Assembly (NCBI GenBank): GCA_002269645.1
Contig: NIVC01000278.1
Location: 375,070 to 439,069 of the forward strand
Length of the DNA: 64,000 nucleotides
Direction: 5' to 3'
DNA from: Macrostomum lignano
Taxonomy: Eukaryota
Position numbers and translations under genes: made by a program. Below the pieces are notes generated by a model. That model searched no databases. It worked only from the letters and a program-made list of their open reading frames with translations, and had not been told where the DNA came from. Every line of letters starts with the position of its first letter. Position 1 is the first letter of the stretch. Shown piece after piece: positions 12,048 through 26,940 of this stretch.

Positions 12048-13808
12048 TTATTTTGTCTAGAATATATTTATAGAGTTTCATATAGATATCATCATTAGTA
12101 TAGATGCTATTAAACCTTAAATGACACTTATGGTCGTAACGACAGGATTTTTGACATATAGAAACTAAAAGGTAAAAGTCTTATAACATTTTACATTTTT
12201 GATATTTTGCAATACATTTTTTAAATTTGACTAAGAACATCTTTAGAAATCATACTCTTTTATTAGAATATATAAACTCAAAAGGCAACAAAGATACAAA
12301 AGAAAAGGCAGCCTTATGGTCGTAACATTATGGTCGTAAGATATTTTTTTCTGTCAATTCAGTAACTTTGAGGTACTAATACATTAAAAATATAATAGAT
12401 TATTTGGTCACCAATGCTTTTATCTGATGATGCAAGTACTATACTTTTATCTATAGTTTGTTTCAACCTTCAAAAGCTTTCTATTTGTTTTTAAAAGGTA
12501 CAAAATCTTAATGATGTCTTTTGCTTCGAAAAATGTCCAAATTTTTACAAAAATGACTTTTTGCCAATTGATAACATACTAATCCAACATTTTACCATTC
12601 TTTTATTCTTAGATTGTATATATTGCACAATATAAACATTTGGTAAAAAAATAGGCTAATTAGGCAATGGCAAGCAAAAATATTGACTTTTTTCTATTTT
12701 CCAAATATGTCCATCTTATATGGAATGAGCCCACTCCATTTCTACCAATTCTCTTCAAATTTGACACAATCAATTTTCAACTATTTTGACACAATCATGT
12801 AAATTTCAAGTTTTAAAGTTAATCCTAAAAGGCGCTGTGCACTTTTAAAGTTAGGCTCTCTTTTTGTCAACAAGACAGCCACCCCAACCTCCACCTCTCT
12901 CTTTCCCTTATCTGGCAAGATATGAAACTATGATATGAAACTAATGAAAAACTAGTGTACGTCTTTTAGGGTTTATACCAAATTATGCTGAATTGCATAC
13001 ACATATCAGACATATGTGCTTTGCAAACTACTTGAACTTTAGCCTTGCCCTTAAGGTATATAAAATACTTCCAATTTTCCTATTTTTCTGAAACTTTCGC
13101 TACAGTCTTAGAGTAGTCTTCAGTTTTCAGTTTTCGCTTCAGTTTACAGTCTTCAGTTTTTCAGAGGCCATCCAAAATAATAATAAAGCAAAGAAAATTG
13201 CTAAAAATTACCTTCAGAGTTAACAGGAGCTTGATTTGTTAACCCTCTATGTAATTAGTGATAACTTGATGCAAGTAGTTTCGGAGAATTATGTTTGAAA
13301 ATTAACTTTTTTAGAATCATGACTTTCAAAGGTTAATATTTTCCAGTTTAATGATTTCATTCTAAAAAAACATTAAGAGGGTTAGATCCTTAACCCCAAT
13401 AAAGAGTGTCTATCTATTCTAACTTTTTTCACTCAGTTTGTTATACTTATATTAGGCCTAGTGCAGCAAGAGTGCCACATGTCTAATTAGTATTCCCTGG
13501 AGCCTGGAGGTGTTTGATATCTTGCTGAATTTTTAATTTAAGCTACATTACAATTTTCTCCCTGGACCCCCTTAGTCTTAGAGTTTATCTGCCTAATCTA
13601 CAATAGATCCCCATGCTTCTATTGAAGTTTAGATACATAAAATCAATCCCTATGAAGATTCTCCCTACCCCAAAACCCCATGCCCTGGTGGTTGGCTTTA
13701 AGCTACAAAAAATAAAGCTTAACTTTAAAATCAGCACTATAAAAACACAGACTCCGGAAGGTTACAAGTACGCCGGAAAATTCCGGCGTACAAATGACCT
13801 CTTTAAAG

Positions 13809-14603
13809 TGTTGTGTTGTGCACTTTTGCGGTGCCTGTGCACCTAGTCTTAGCAGGCTGAGTCACCTCTTGGCCTATGGGTTTTTTTGTTATTCCCCCCT
13901 TTTTTGCATTGCCGCAGCCAGAGGCTTAAGTTTTGGCATTTGTTCGCTCGCCCTGCGTGGCGATTGGTCGCAGCCAGCCGATCGGGCTTGGAGCTGCCGT
14001 CCCCAGGGGGGGGGGTTGGCTAGGGGCGTTGGTGGGGTGGTGGGATGGAGAGCGCGTGGCCCTCTCCCCTCCGCGGGCGTGTGCTATTTAACATTGCTCG
14101 CGGCGGGTTGGAGCGATGCGCGTCTCGGCCATCCACCTCTCCATGAACTCTGCTTTCCGACGGCGCTAGACAGCCATAGTTACTATCATGCTACGAGTAC
14201 TTGAAACAGAAATACATCAATAAGGCCACCTATGTGCACTGGCCCTGAGTGACAGCTGCCAGCTAAGTAAGTGCGCATTCTGCCTTTTTTCTCTCGGTTG
14301 CCTAGGGGGGCAGAGAGTCCGTGTGTCCGGACGCCGACTCAGCTAGTTGGGAGGGAGACGTCAGAAGGATACCTACCGTACATCTCTACGCCTCTACGCC
14401 AGCCAGTGCGTCCCGACGCCTCGCTGAAGGTGGCTCGCACCACTGCGTCCCGACGCGTGGGAAGGCTGCGTGGGTACGTCCTGATGCCCCAGACTGTCAG
14501 GGGAAGTGCTCACCTTAGCGCCCGCGCGCAGGCTTAGCAAGGACCCGCTTGTAGGGTGGTAGGACCACCCTATTGCCGGGCCGGGGGCTGCAGGGATACA
14601 ACA
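13809..14603 (+). mobile_element. 5' LTR of a Ty3/Gypsy-like retrotransposon
   Basis: TGTTGT...ACAACA termini, followed after 3 nt by a primer-binding site and a gag-like ORF. The left boundary may be 13809 or 13814. Confidence 0.7.
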
Positions 14604-14606
14604 AAT

Positions 14607-14624
14607 TGGCGCCCAAATAGGGAC
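14607..14624 (+). promoter_or_regulatory. Primer-binding site (tRNA-Lys type)
   Basis: TGGCGCCCAAATAGGGAC versus the known tRNA-Lys(UUU) PBS TGGCGCCCGAACAGGGAC (2 mismatches). Confidence 0.75.
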
Positions 14625-14754
14625 CTGCTTTGCCTGTGGTTTTTCTGGGTGTGTTGTATTGAGGGTAGAGAGTGCTTCGTGTCGAGTTCTGGATCGAGCT
14701 TCGAGTCGAGTTGCTTAATTGTGCCAGTGCAGTTGGCGGCTTGTAGTTTTACTA

Positions 14755-15310
14755 TGACCCATGGCGGGTATCGATGACTTGATTGGTGCGCTGACGGACA
14801 GGCTGCGCGAGAATTTGAACCATGGGCCTCCAAGAGTTGCAAAGCCGGTGAAGTATGTGACTGGAATGAATTTTCGCCTGTGCTTGAGGAGTTTCAACAG
14901 ATTTTGTGAGGTGACTGGGATTGAAGAAGCGGATTGAAGGCCACATCTGATGAGTCTGCTGGATCTCAACACAGCTTATATCGCGGTGGACAACCTTAAT
15001 CTGGCGGATGATCTGGAGTATGAGGAGTTTACTGAGCAGCTGCTGAATAGGTTCACGCAGCATCGGACTCCGCAGGACTTCAGGTTGGAGCTGGTAGGTC
15101 GGGACCAAGACCAGAAGGAGTCGATGGAGGCCTACGGGGATGCCCTGCTCGAGATAGTCCGGAACGCCTATCCGACGATTGATCAGGACGCGAGGTCGGA
15201 GCTGGCCAAAGACCGGTTCATGAAAGGTGTGCAAGTAGCTGAGCCAGTCCGGGAGAAATTATTTCTTAGCCAGCCAGAGAGTCTGGCTGCTGCAATCAGG
15301 AGTGCCCTGA
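14755..15310 (+). pseudogene. Gypsy gag (capsid) fragment with stops, 3'-truncated
   Basis: FRLELVGRDQDQKESMEAYGDALLEIVRNAYP...LAKDRFMKGV...VREKLFLSQPESLAAAI is a retrotransposon gag capsid pattern; in-frame stops upstream; no pol downstream. Confidence 0.8.
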
Positions 15311-16834
15311 GCAGCACCGATGGAGACTACTTTCTGCGCGGCTGAGTCTGCAGTTGCTAAAAACAATATTAAATGTGCTCCACAACTATATAGTACACTC
15401 GTACATGTAGAGCCACTGGGAGTATGAAAGACTATAAAAGTAGCTTCTTACTTTTAATAATTCTTTGCCAAATAAAGAGCCTCAAAAGTTTAAAGGAAAG
15501 AAAGCAAGAAACGTTTTGTATAGTATTTGTTCTTGGCTCTGAACAAGCTCAAGATGAATCTGAATGGGACTCACTGTGTTTTAACTTGCATGGTGCTCAC
15601 ACAAAAAATATCAATTCTTCATCTGAAATTAAAGGTGCTCTAAAAACAGTGATTAAAAGACAAAACTCTTAACTTTATTTTAAGGTACGGCATAGTTGTA
15701 CTTAATTCTAATCAATATTTATTGTATAACTACATATGTTTTAACGCAAGCGTAATTTAAACAGTACATGTAATTTTTACTCCAGTAGCTATAGCTGTAG
15801 TCTTTACTATCGACCGTGGCATAACAAAAATTTGTTTAAAAATTGTCAAGTTAAAGACACGTGGTTCTACTGAGACAATCATTAATGAAATGCAAACATC
15901 AATGGTGCTTGTGGGCTTATCGATAGATGATGGGTTTGGGCCTTTTCAGCTCCTTTGGGGAAGCCTTCGGGCCTCAGGTCTCAGAAATAAATCAATTAGA
16001 GTCCTGGCCCCCCACTCCTGTCAGATGGTCAGCCCCAAGGTAGCTTGATCTTGTGCGAGCAGTCTAGGTCCTATAGCTAAGAGAGGGACAGCGAGAGACA
16101 AGCAGAGAGAATTTTGAAGGTAGAGATCAGCTAATCCGCAGATTAACTAACCCGCTGCCACCAGCCCGTGCGTTCTGGCTCACCAAGCCGGAACTTTCGA
16201 AATCGGTTTTTTTGGGATTTAAAAAAGGACCTCACCGCTTTCAGTTTTCTCAGTATATGGTGCCCCGATCCTCTATGGCCCCTTCCTAGGTGGTACAGTG
16301 TATATGGCACCCCCTATAGTGTTATACTTGGCGCGCCCCCACTCTAATGGTAACGTGATCGGCATGATGAAACGGCCCCAAACTGACTGCAAAACATTTT
16401 ACACATATTTTTTGCATGTATACAAAATGGAGTTAAAATCCTTTTATTAAGGAACGTCGATAGACTATAAGGAATATAAATTATGTGCAAGCTATACTAC
16501 TCGCAGCTGGGAAGATTAAAACACGGTTCTACTAACTAGCTAAGATAAGTAAAAGGGCGCCTCAGTCATTGAAAGGCTCTGACGCCACTAAGAGAAATTT
16601 GGGTTCCAGATTGGGAGTGTACTATAATGTACACAAGGCTTCTAAGCTAGGCTAAAAGAGACTGTGACCATCAAGCCGAGCAGGCGACACCAGTCGGGCT
16701 GAGGGCGGGCCCGGTCTACCCCCGATTCGCCTATTCCCGATTTGTCGAAATTCCTCATTTGCCGAATCCCGATTTGCCGATTTGCCGACTCGCCGAATTC
16801 ACTATTCGGCCAATTCGTACTACGTCGAATCTCT

Positions 16835-17670
<836 letters not shown>

Positions 17671-17869
17671 TAGTTGAATTTCATAAATAAATGCTGATTT
17701 TTACTGTGAGAAAAGAAACGTTCTACCCATGCACAACGGAAGCATTTTAAGCTGAGAAGATTTTAATTAACATTCCAGTGCTTTCTCATCCCACCCCCAC
17801 CCCATGCACCTTGTGACCCGTTATGAAAATCAGTAATTTATAGCTTCAGGGCAAATAGCATCTCTCGCA

Positions 17870-18395
17870 CCAAAATGAGTGCCTGTGGCACCAAAAAGAG
17901 TGCTTGCGGCGCCAAAAAGAGTGCCTGCGGCGCCAAAAAGAGTGCCAGCGGCGCCTAAATGAGTGCCTGCGGCGCCAAAAAGAGTGCCAGCGGCGCCTAA
18001 ATGAGTGCCAGCGGCGCCTAAATGAGTGCCTGCGGCGCATAAGAGTGGCCTGTGGCACCAAAAAGAGTGCCAGCGGCGCCTAAATGAGTGCCTGCGGCGC
18101 ATAAGAGTGGCCTGTGGCACCAAAAAGAGTGCCAGCGGCGCCTAAATGAGTGCCTGCGGCGCCAAAAAGAGTGCTTGCGGCGCCAAAAAGAGTGCCAGCG
18201 GCGCCGAAATGAGTGTCTGCGGCGCCTAAATGAGTGCCTGCGGCGCCTAAATGAGTGCCTGCGGCGCCTAAATGAGTGCCTGCGGTGCCTAAATGAGTGC
18301 CTGCGGCACCAGAGGCACCAAAAAGCATTGCGGCACCTAAAATGAGTGCCTGCGGCGCCAAAATGAGTGTCTGCGGCTCTAAAACGAGCGCTGCC
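17870..18395. repeat. ~21-bp GC-rich minisatellite (AAATGAGTGCCTGCGGCGCCT)n
   Basis: Tandem units visible; related inverted array at 28300-28530. Confidence 0.95.
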
Positions 18396-20377
18396 AACAC
18401 TGATTTTCAAAATAATGTACATGTAGGAATTTAGTCATATACATGTACATGTAGAACTCTTGGCTTAACCTGCCCCCCCATCCACAAAATCCTCGATCGA
18501 CAGTTTATATATGCAATTTTCGAGCTGTGTACGAGCGTAAAGTGCAGTTGCAATTTTTTCATTACCACGTATGTTGTAGCTATACCGTGGTTTTCTGTTA
18601 AATAAACAATTATAATGCTTGCAATCTCTAGACTGTACTAAACAATCTGCACATTAACGGTGAACAAAAACGTACAGTACAAGTACTCGTAGAAAGGCCT
18701 TGGGCCTTAGACTGGTAAAAGACGTGTGCGTCTTAATTTATACTACTTGTTACATGTACATGTACATATATATTAAGGCTGTTTTTAATTTACCACTATA
18801 TGCATTGTAATTTGAAATTAAGTACACTCAGTTTTTAAAATGTTGCTACATCAGTTTCTTTGAGTACTTCCCTTTCCCATTCTTCTCGGGGATCCTGAAG
18901 GCCCAAAACAATTCCCCGGGGAGAGTTGATGAAAATTCTCCCCCCCCCCCAGGGGTACCCGGGGGAGTGTCCCTGGGGATTGAATTTCCTAGTGCCAGCC
19001 ACAAACGGACGCTATTTTACTACGAGTATTTAGCCTGTGTTCTTGAATTTTGTGTACCTGCATTGCTCCGCAGAGCAATTTAAAAGCAAAGTAAATATTA
19101 AAACGGCCCTTTTAAGGCCACAGCATAAATTCTTACTTGGCGAATGGAGATCCTGGATTTTACTTAATTTTTCTTCGAACACCTTAAAACTCTTAATTTA
19201 CTATATACTACTACTGGTGTTTTAGAGCCTATTAATTTTGAATTCGCTGTCAAATATAAATGATTAATTAGATATGATTACTGTTACCAAGGCTCGCCAC
19301 TCGCCAGCAACAGGCTTGTGAGAGCCGGCACCGTAGTGCACAACAAAAGTTTAGTTTAGTCCGTTTTCTTGAATTTATGTGCCATTGCTCCGTTTCGTTA
19401 TAGAGCAAATAGAAAATCTTCAAAACGGCCCTTTTTAGGGTAACCTAACAGTTATCTACTTTGGCGAACCATTGGGGAACTAAAAATATTCAATTAAAAA
19501 GGCTTCATTAAAAAAGACTGTAATAAATTTGCTAGTGGGAATTGTGTTAGTACGAAAAATTATTTATTATTTAATTTGGGTTAGTTTTAATAACTGCGGA
19601 ATGTTTAAAGCTCAATAAAAATAGATATGAGAAAATTTGTAGAGTAACATAACTTGGCATTTCTTACTATGAGTAGCCAGTAACGTGAGTGACATGGAAT
19701 CACAATTAGCAATAAGAGGTATTTTTGCCGCGTCCAATAGAAATTGTCCGCTCTCGTTTTTTAAATTATCGATTAGTGAGTTTTTTGTACTTGGTAAATT
19801 CAACTCCATTTAACTTGGTACTATACATGTAATCGGCGCCAGCGAAGGGTCTTTGGACGTGATTCGACGTTGCGTTGCTGAGATAAGATTAAATCTAGTC
19901 AATATAGACTACACTCATCTTGGAAGTTAAAGCTTTGGATTTGACGGTAAGTTAAGTTTGATTTCTGTGTGCCATTTCTAGATGCTTTATGGATAGTATG
20001 GAAGCTTTATTCGCGAAGGCATTCCATTTTTACAGTGGACACAGTATAAATTACTTTATATAGTATGCAGCATGAACTCTAGGAATAGAAATGCATGAAA
20101 ATTAATGCATCTTTTTGTCTTAGACTTAAGTGCCCTAGGCTATTTAATTTATGGCTTTTAAGCACCAAAGCAAAGCAAGAATTGTTTTTATTTAAGCAGC
20201 CTTGTTAAAGCCAATAAAGGGGCTAGGTTATGACTTATGGTATGTATTATAGCTAACAAACCATAATTTAATTTTTATTCAATAGGTTTAATAATTGTTT
20301 CTTTGAAAATAAATAAACATTTATAGGTGTGCTAGGCCTGTTAGCTCTGTCTTCTTAATTGTTAGCCTTTGCTTAGT

Positions 20378-20674
20378 GGCAATGGCTAGAGTTTTAGGAC
20401 TAGAACCCATTTTCTAACAGCTATGGATCCGGCAGACAGCAGTGCCATTATAATATAGATAGAACATTATATTTTTCTTTCTACAGGTGGCTGATATTGA
20501 GATTTTGTTCTAAATTAAAATTTAAGACGATATGATAAGATTCGGGACAAGATGCTTCTAACATTCAGACTTCTTAAGATATGTTTTTAGCAGTCTTTAT
20601 ATGCTTCTATACGGCACTGCCGGATCCCTAACTGTTAGAAAATGGGTTCCGGTGCCGGAACTCTAGCCATTACC
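20378..20674. mobile_element. Mutator-like MITE
   Basis: Imperfect ~80-bp TIRs starting GG(C/T)AATGGCTAGAGTT; 9-bp TSD TTGCTTAGT at 20369-20377 and 20675-20683. Confidence 0.88.
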
Positions 20675-23419
20675 TTGCTTAGTCACTTATCTTATAGGAA
20701 GTGGTTATTTTTACGGCTGAGCTGTAGATATAGCCCAAATTCTAATTTTTACGGCTGGCCATAAAAATGTCAAAAATTGTTATTATTACAGCTGAGCCGT
20801 AAGTATAATTAATTTGTCTATTTTATGGCTAAACCATAGATATAACTTAGAACTACTATTTTTACGGCTGTCTGTCTATAATTTATTCCTAATAGCCATT
20901 TCAATAGTTTGCATTTGATTTCATGACAGTTTTTTGAACTATTTTTTTACTACTAAAATCATGCTACCCATATTTAATGATTCAATTGATACTGTTTTCA
21001 CTATAGTACAAGTACAGTACAGTACTCTACACTACTCAAGTACTACTCGAGACAACTCGAGCAATGCGAGTGTACAATGTACACATTGTCACTGGATTTT
21101 CTGTCGCCACTTTGACCATATGTCATTGGATCGATCTTGTCACTAGTTTGGCACGGGTTACATCTGAAATGTATATTTTTATGGCAAAAAACATTTTTGT
21201 TATTATCTCTACACATGTACTGGGAAGTTCTAACCACTGTCCTCTGTATAGACAACTCTGTAGAACAGTGAATGAGGAAGATAAAAATTAATACATAAGA
21301 CAATTGGCATGGTTTTTTTAAAGTAAAAAATTTATATAAAAGCCATATACATGTAGATCACAATTTCTACTATATTTGTCACATCATGGAAATTTTAACT
21401 TTTACATGTACCTCAAGGGGTCAAGGCACATTAAATTTAAATGCCTCTCTAAGACAAGCGTAATAGGTTTTTAGACTGCTGCAGTAACATGAAGCTGCAG
21501 AGCTACACAAATTCTTCTCAGGGCTGCAAATTAGCAAGAAATTAAGATGACATGATCAAAGTAGTCATATGCAGCAAATAGCCGACGGAATGAAACAACC
21601 ATGAGAGTACTACATGTACTGTAACAAACTGGCTTTTGAAGCTAAGACTAGTAGGTGGGACCAAAATAGTGTTTCGCCATAGCCATAGCTACGGCTATGG
21701 GATCCTACGGCAAATACGGTAAAATAGGTGCCTATGGCAGCTACAGATACGCCTACGGTAGCTAGCTGCTCTTATGGCTACGACTATAGAAATATGGTAG
21801 TTGTTGTCACATTCCGTAGATTGCCATAGCCGTAGTTATTAAGGTGGGCATGGAGAAGAAAAATTTATGAATTGGGGGTATTTGAATTGTTAGTCAACAC
21901 TAGTGAAGTGGGGTGGATTTCACGTTTGAATCGCCGCCTGCATTGTCTTGACACTCGTAAAGCCAGAAAATTTCTCGAATTGATGCACTGATTCTTCTCC
22001 TTGGTTATTCCATTTTCCGGGTCCTCAATTCCGGGGGAGGGTAGTCGTGATCGTAGTCGCAGTCTTTTAGTGGCACGATCATTCAAATTGAGTCTTTAGA
22101 CACTGTAAATGTCATGATCTGTTGATGTACTTGGTTTTTTACTGTCAGCAGTCAAGTAGTGCTGCCACCACTGTAAATTTTGTTTTATGGAACATTAAGG
22201 CCAAGGGTCTCAAAGCTTTCTTTGAGTTGAGACTGATCGGTTATTTTATGCCCCACAGGCCCCACGAAAAAATTACATAGATCAACGGGTGAAACACCAT
22301 GGGGAACACCAGTGGGAAATCGGGACAAAAACCCGGGAGAAACGCAGTAAAACAAAGGTGGAGCCAAAGGAAGGGACAACAAATGGACCAAAGGTGGGAT
22401 CAACGAAGGGAAAATGCTCAATCAGCTGGGGGAGCAGCTCGTGACGTCAATCATCATACCAACAGATAGAGGCGTTGCGCAGTCGCCAATTGTTGCTGGA
22501 ACCCCAGTGGTAGACCAGCCTACCACATTATTAATGTTAAAAATTGAAAAAAATATTAGAAACAGGTAGAGTAAAACAAAGATTATTATCTTTTAACTTT
22601 TAAGTTTAACTTTTATTAAACTATATTATCAACATAGAAACTTATAAAATATGCCTAAAGAAGTACAATAAAACACTAGCAAACTAATTTTTATTAATGT
22701 GAAAAAGTTAAGCGTTAGTACTGTTATAGGCATTTTGGCTCTCTATGAAAATTCCATCGTTATGCCACTGGGATGGGCGTGGTTCGCGGTTAAGCTACTG
22801 GTTTGTATTGCTAAGGATTCTTACTAGTGGATTTTACTTCCTACTGGTTGAGACTTTTCGCTGCCACCAGGTTCCTGCTGTTCCCTAATTCTAGCTTTAG
22901 GTTTAAAGAACTGAGTCAGGACACCAATTTAGATTTAGTTAATATAATATAATATAATATAATAATAAAAAAAACGGAAATAGTTACTTGATTGTACAAA
23001 AGTTTGGTTTTACATTAGTTCCTATACTTAAGTTTTCTGTTGTGCGTTTGGCAAGACTCCCGGTTTATAGATTTAGAGGCAAGACTCCTCTGTGCACGCC
23101 TAAATTATAATTCTTTTATTTATTTCCCCTTCTTACCGCTTTTCTTGTGAATTTTCCAAGTTCGAAGACACTCCAACAACAAACTTTTCTTTCCCAAGAG
23201 CCCAACTACTCTGTAGTTCTAAAGGAACCCCAATTTTATCTACTTACCCCCGCTCTAATTATTTCCCCGGGTTGAAACTACTGATAGTAGGGTAAAAGCA
23301 TACTTAAACCTGCAAAATTTCCCGTTCCTAAAATAATGCCCTACTACACCACCAAAGTTGTTGCAGGCCTGTTAATTCTGTCTTTCTACTTAATGTACTT
23401 TCTGCATAAATGTACTAAT

Positions 23420-23530
23420 ATTGGTAGCGTCTACTTATTCACTTATATTGGTAGCGTCTACTTATCTACTTTTATTGGTAGCGTCTACTTATCTAATTAT
23501 ATTGGTAGCGTCTACTTATCTAATAGTAGC
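23420..23530. repeat. 27-bp tandem repeat x4 (ATTGGTAGCGTCTACTTAT core)
   Basis: Directly visible. Confidence 0.9.
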
Positions 23531-24399
23531 GGTTATACATGTACTGTACTTTTTGCCTGAGCGGTCTATTGGCACTGTCTACTCTTATCTCTCAGTCCTG
23601 GCGTTCCCGGGATCAGAGGGTCACAGCTTTATATTTTCCCTGCCCTGAGGCGATTTTCTCTCGCTCTGAGGTGGTTCTCCTGCCCTGAGGCAAATTTACT
23701 ATTATTGCCCTGAGGCGATTTCTCGCTTTTGGCGGATCTTAATATTACTCCCGATTTAGGGCTTCTACTATAGAAATTAATAAGACACTCTGAACAATTT
23801 TCTTATCAGGTTTTAGCTATTGCTAGAGCACACAAACAAGCAAGTAAGTTAAACGAGTTGGTCTTCCTGGCCCGCTCGGAGCCTCTATTTATAGTAAGAT
23901 TCAGCGTAAATTTTTAACAAAATTAATCGCAAGAATATTTTTACAACTCAAAACATTTAAACAAAGTTTTTAGTGCAAATTTAAAATTGACTTTTGACAA
24001 TTGACAATCCTGACCCTGGTACGCTAGCAATATTGCAAAAGTCAATAGTCAATAAATCTGCATCAAATCAAATCAAGTCAATAGCAGGTGGCCTCCCAAT
24101 GAAGCAGCAGTGTGAGGCCATTTTTTTTGCTTGTCAACGACCTTGCTTGTATAGTATTTAATAGAGCTATCCTTGAGCAATGCAGCAGTGTGAAGCCCTG
24201 TGGCTATCAGAATCATTCGATAGATCGCTCATGTGAGCAGCAGCAGAAAACCGAAACTGGTAGAATGCAGGTCCACCGGTCAACAGCTCCTGCATCTTGT
24301 CAGTGGTGACCAAATGTCCAGTAGAAAAGTTTCCAACACGGTTGGGATTCCTGGGAGATAGATTGTTAGTGCAAATAATATAATTTTTAAGTAGTAGTA

Positions 24400-26340
24400 G
24401 TAATAGTAGCACTTATTAAGTAACATAAGAAATACGTAACCTAAAGTCAACAAGTACGAGTGCGTAGTTCATATGAAAAAATACTCACATAAGTAGGTGC
24501 GCATCAGCAATGAAGAAATTTTTTGACAGTCGATATTAACGCTTCTGCAGATTAAACTCGAAACAGGGTTCGCAGTATACAATGGTACTCTCACCACTGG
24601 GTGCTGAACGTAGATATTGACAAGCCAGTAGCTCTGCCATATTTCGGGCTTGAATAATCGGGGTTGCCCGTTGCCGTGAATCGCTAGACTGGCCTTGGAG
24701 TGTAGCTTGCGAGACAGTAAAGTTAGTGAATAACTGTAGCAGTTTATCAATCTTTTGTTCGGCCTTGCCTTCGGACTTTAAATGGTCACAACAATTACAG
24801 TTGCAAGCTGGACCATCGACTCGACCATCAGATACTGCGGGTGTTGACATTGGAGCAGCGAAGCTCATGTCCAAACTCCCTAGCGAGATGTGCAGATTCT
24901 GCTGTTCCAAGAAACTGGAACCCGTTTAAGGCAACTGCTGGCGGCACCCGGATGTTAATGCAGTTGCTGCTGACTGCTGCAATAGAGTCCCGTCGGCTGG
25001 TGTCGCCATCTGCTTCAGCTGGTGGTGTTGCTGCAGCTACACCAGCTGGTGTTGCACTCGCTGTGTGCTGCGGCAGCCCTACACCAGCTGGTGTTGCACT
25101 CGCTGTCTGCTGCAGCAGCCCTACATCAGCTGGAGTTGCACTCGCTGTCTGCTGCGGCAGCCCTGCATCAGCTGGTGTTGCGCTCGCTGTCTCGCTTTGC
25201 CTTTGCCTCATTTGCCTCAAGACACATATTTGCGGCTCGGTTTGTCATAAATAACCATAGACTAATTTCCTTTTACAGTTCTTTCTGGCAGTTAAGTTTC
25301 TCGCCCAAGCCCTCTCGTCTTTAACTCATAAAATATATGCAATTCAAATCTAAGTTAAGTTGTAGTTTCACTACACTATCTTAGCAAGTAGCTAAGTTTG
25401 ACCTTTAACAGGCAAAAGTGAATAGATGGGGTATAATCAATTACCTGGACAAGTGACGTTTACGTGAATTAGCATCATTGCAAAATATTGTACAGTATTT
25501 CAGCTCCACACCAGCCTCCAGACAGGAAATGCAGTAGTGAGTGTCCTTTAAATTTCGGCCAGTATTGACGGCTTTAGCCTTTTGCTTAGGCTGCGTGCTA
25601 GCTCTCACTCTCAGTACTGCCAGTGCCATCGACATTTGGCTCTTAGGTGCAGCAGGTGCTAAAGACAACTGTCCAAGTCAAAGTGCATTCAAATTCCAAC
25701 CTGGTTTTGAATGTTCTGATGATGATTTGTCACCTTGACCTTTGTGACTAGTTAAAGTTGAAGCTCCTTATTGAAAATTAAATTAGAAATCCATAAGTTA
25801 GATTTTATCAGAAATTATATTTATACTTAACTTAAGATTCTTTCTAGACTAGACTTAGACTCATCACTCATTATGTCATATAAGTCATAAGTGTTAGACT
25901 TAACTTAAGCTAAGATAGATTAGTACTTAGTATAATAGTATTAGTATTTAGTAGGTAGACTTCAAATTTTACATTAATACTTTATCCCAATAACCCAATT
26001 AACTAATTAAAAATGAAATGTTTAGTGTTTAGGCATTAGGTCCCATTCCCAAACTTAACTTAAAAAATGTTTAAACTTACCTGTCGCTGTCACAACTACA
26101 TCATTATCTTCTTCAGCTGCTTCAGCAATACTATTAGCAATAGCAACTTCAGCAACTTCAGCCTGTTTAGAATCAGCTCCAGCTTCAAGATTTAAACTAA
26201 CGTTAAATTGAGGATTAGAAACAGTGGAGTCTAAGCTTTCGCTATCGCTATCGCTTTCAGTTTCAGTTTCAGCAGAGCTTGATGTTCAACTCGTGGTCTT
26301 TTTCTACTAGTAGACCTACTTGACATTGTGCTTTCAGCTT
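24400..26340 (-). pseudogene. Degenerate multi-exon gene with BED-like zinc finger, possibly transposase-derived
   Basis: Exon-like blocks MSSRSTSRKRPRVE...AEEDNDVVVTATG|GTAAGT, THYCISCLEAGVELKYCTIFCNDANSRKRHLSR|GTAATT, a 39-bp coding repeat (TASATPADxGLxQ), and GESTIVYCEPCFEF. Frameshifts are present. Confidence 0.4.
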
Positions 26341-26809
26341 TACAGAGTTTGACAGAAACTTTAACTTTTAACTTTAGTCTTAACTTTCATCTTAATGCCA
26401 GTCAGTTTCAGTTAGCAAATAATCAGTTAATAAGTTAGCATTAATCAGAAATCAGTTAATAGTTAACGAAAAATGGAGCATATCGCAATTTAAATAGTTA
26501 CACCTATGTTATATATATCCCTGTTATACTGCAAGCAAGTAAAATATATATTATGCCTCTAGCAGCAGGTTTTATTAGAATTTTTTAAATTATTCAATAG
26601 AACAATAGATAGGAGTATATTTTGTTGAAGTGAATGTATTTCTAACATAAATTCCATTTTTTAAATTATCGTGCAAGTTCCTAAAAATACCGATGTTTAT
26701 GTACATTACATTGCAAGTTGCAACAGCAACAGCGTGTACGCCACTCACGCCAATAGGTAGGGCCCAATTTTTTGGTTGTACGCCAATGTACGCCAATAGG
26801 GTTAGCAAG

Positions 26810-26940
26810 GGGGCCATGATCCGGACTATGGGCAGCATCCAGTGCAGCTTATTTCGCTGCTCCAGGGTGATGTTCTGGCCATCCTGCTGCTGTTAAGACC
26901 GCATTGTCGCATAGAACGACTCAACTATGGCCTCTAGGAT
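26810..26940 (-). pseudogene. Possible hAT-like transposase C-terminal fragment
   Basis: LEAIVESFYATMRS*QQQDGQNITLEQRNKLHWMLP; recalled resemblance only. Confidence 0.25.

Noticed and set aside
14940-14960. Hammerhead ribozyme core CTGATGA (also checked at ~12424, ~32550, ~46536)
   Set aside because: No correctly placed GAAA or stems found by eye.
19700-20560. CCAAT promoter-like stretch with GTAAGT donor
   Set aside because: No downstream coding exon could be linked to it.
21865-22421. Short minus-strand ORFs (73-78 aa)
   Set aside because: No recognisable motif or consistent splice chain.
22800-22925. Minus-strand LTQFFKPK (PIP-box/transposase-like) peptide
   Set aside because: Short, flanked by stops, no ATG or splice support.
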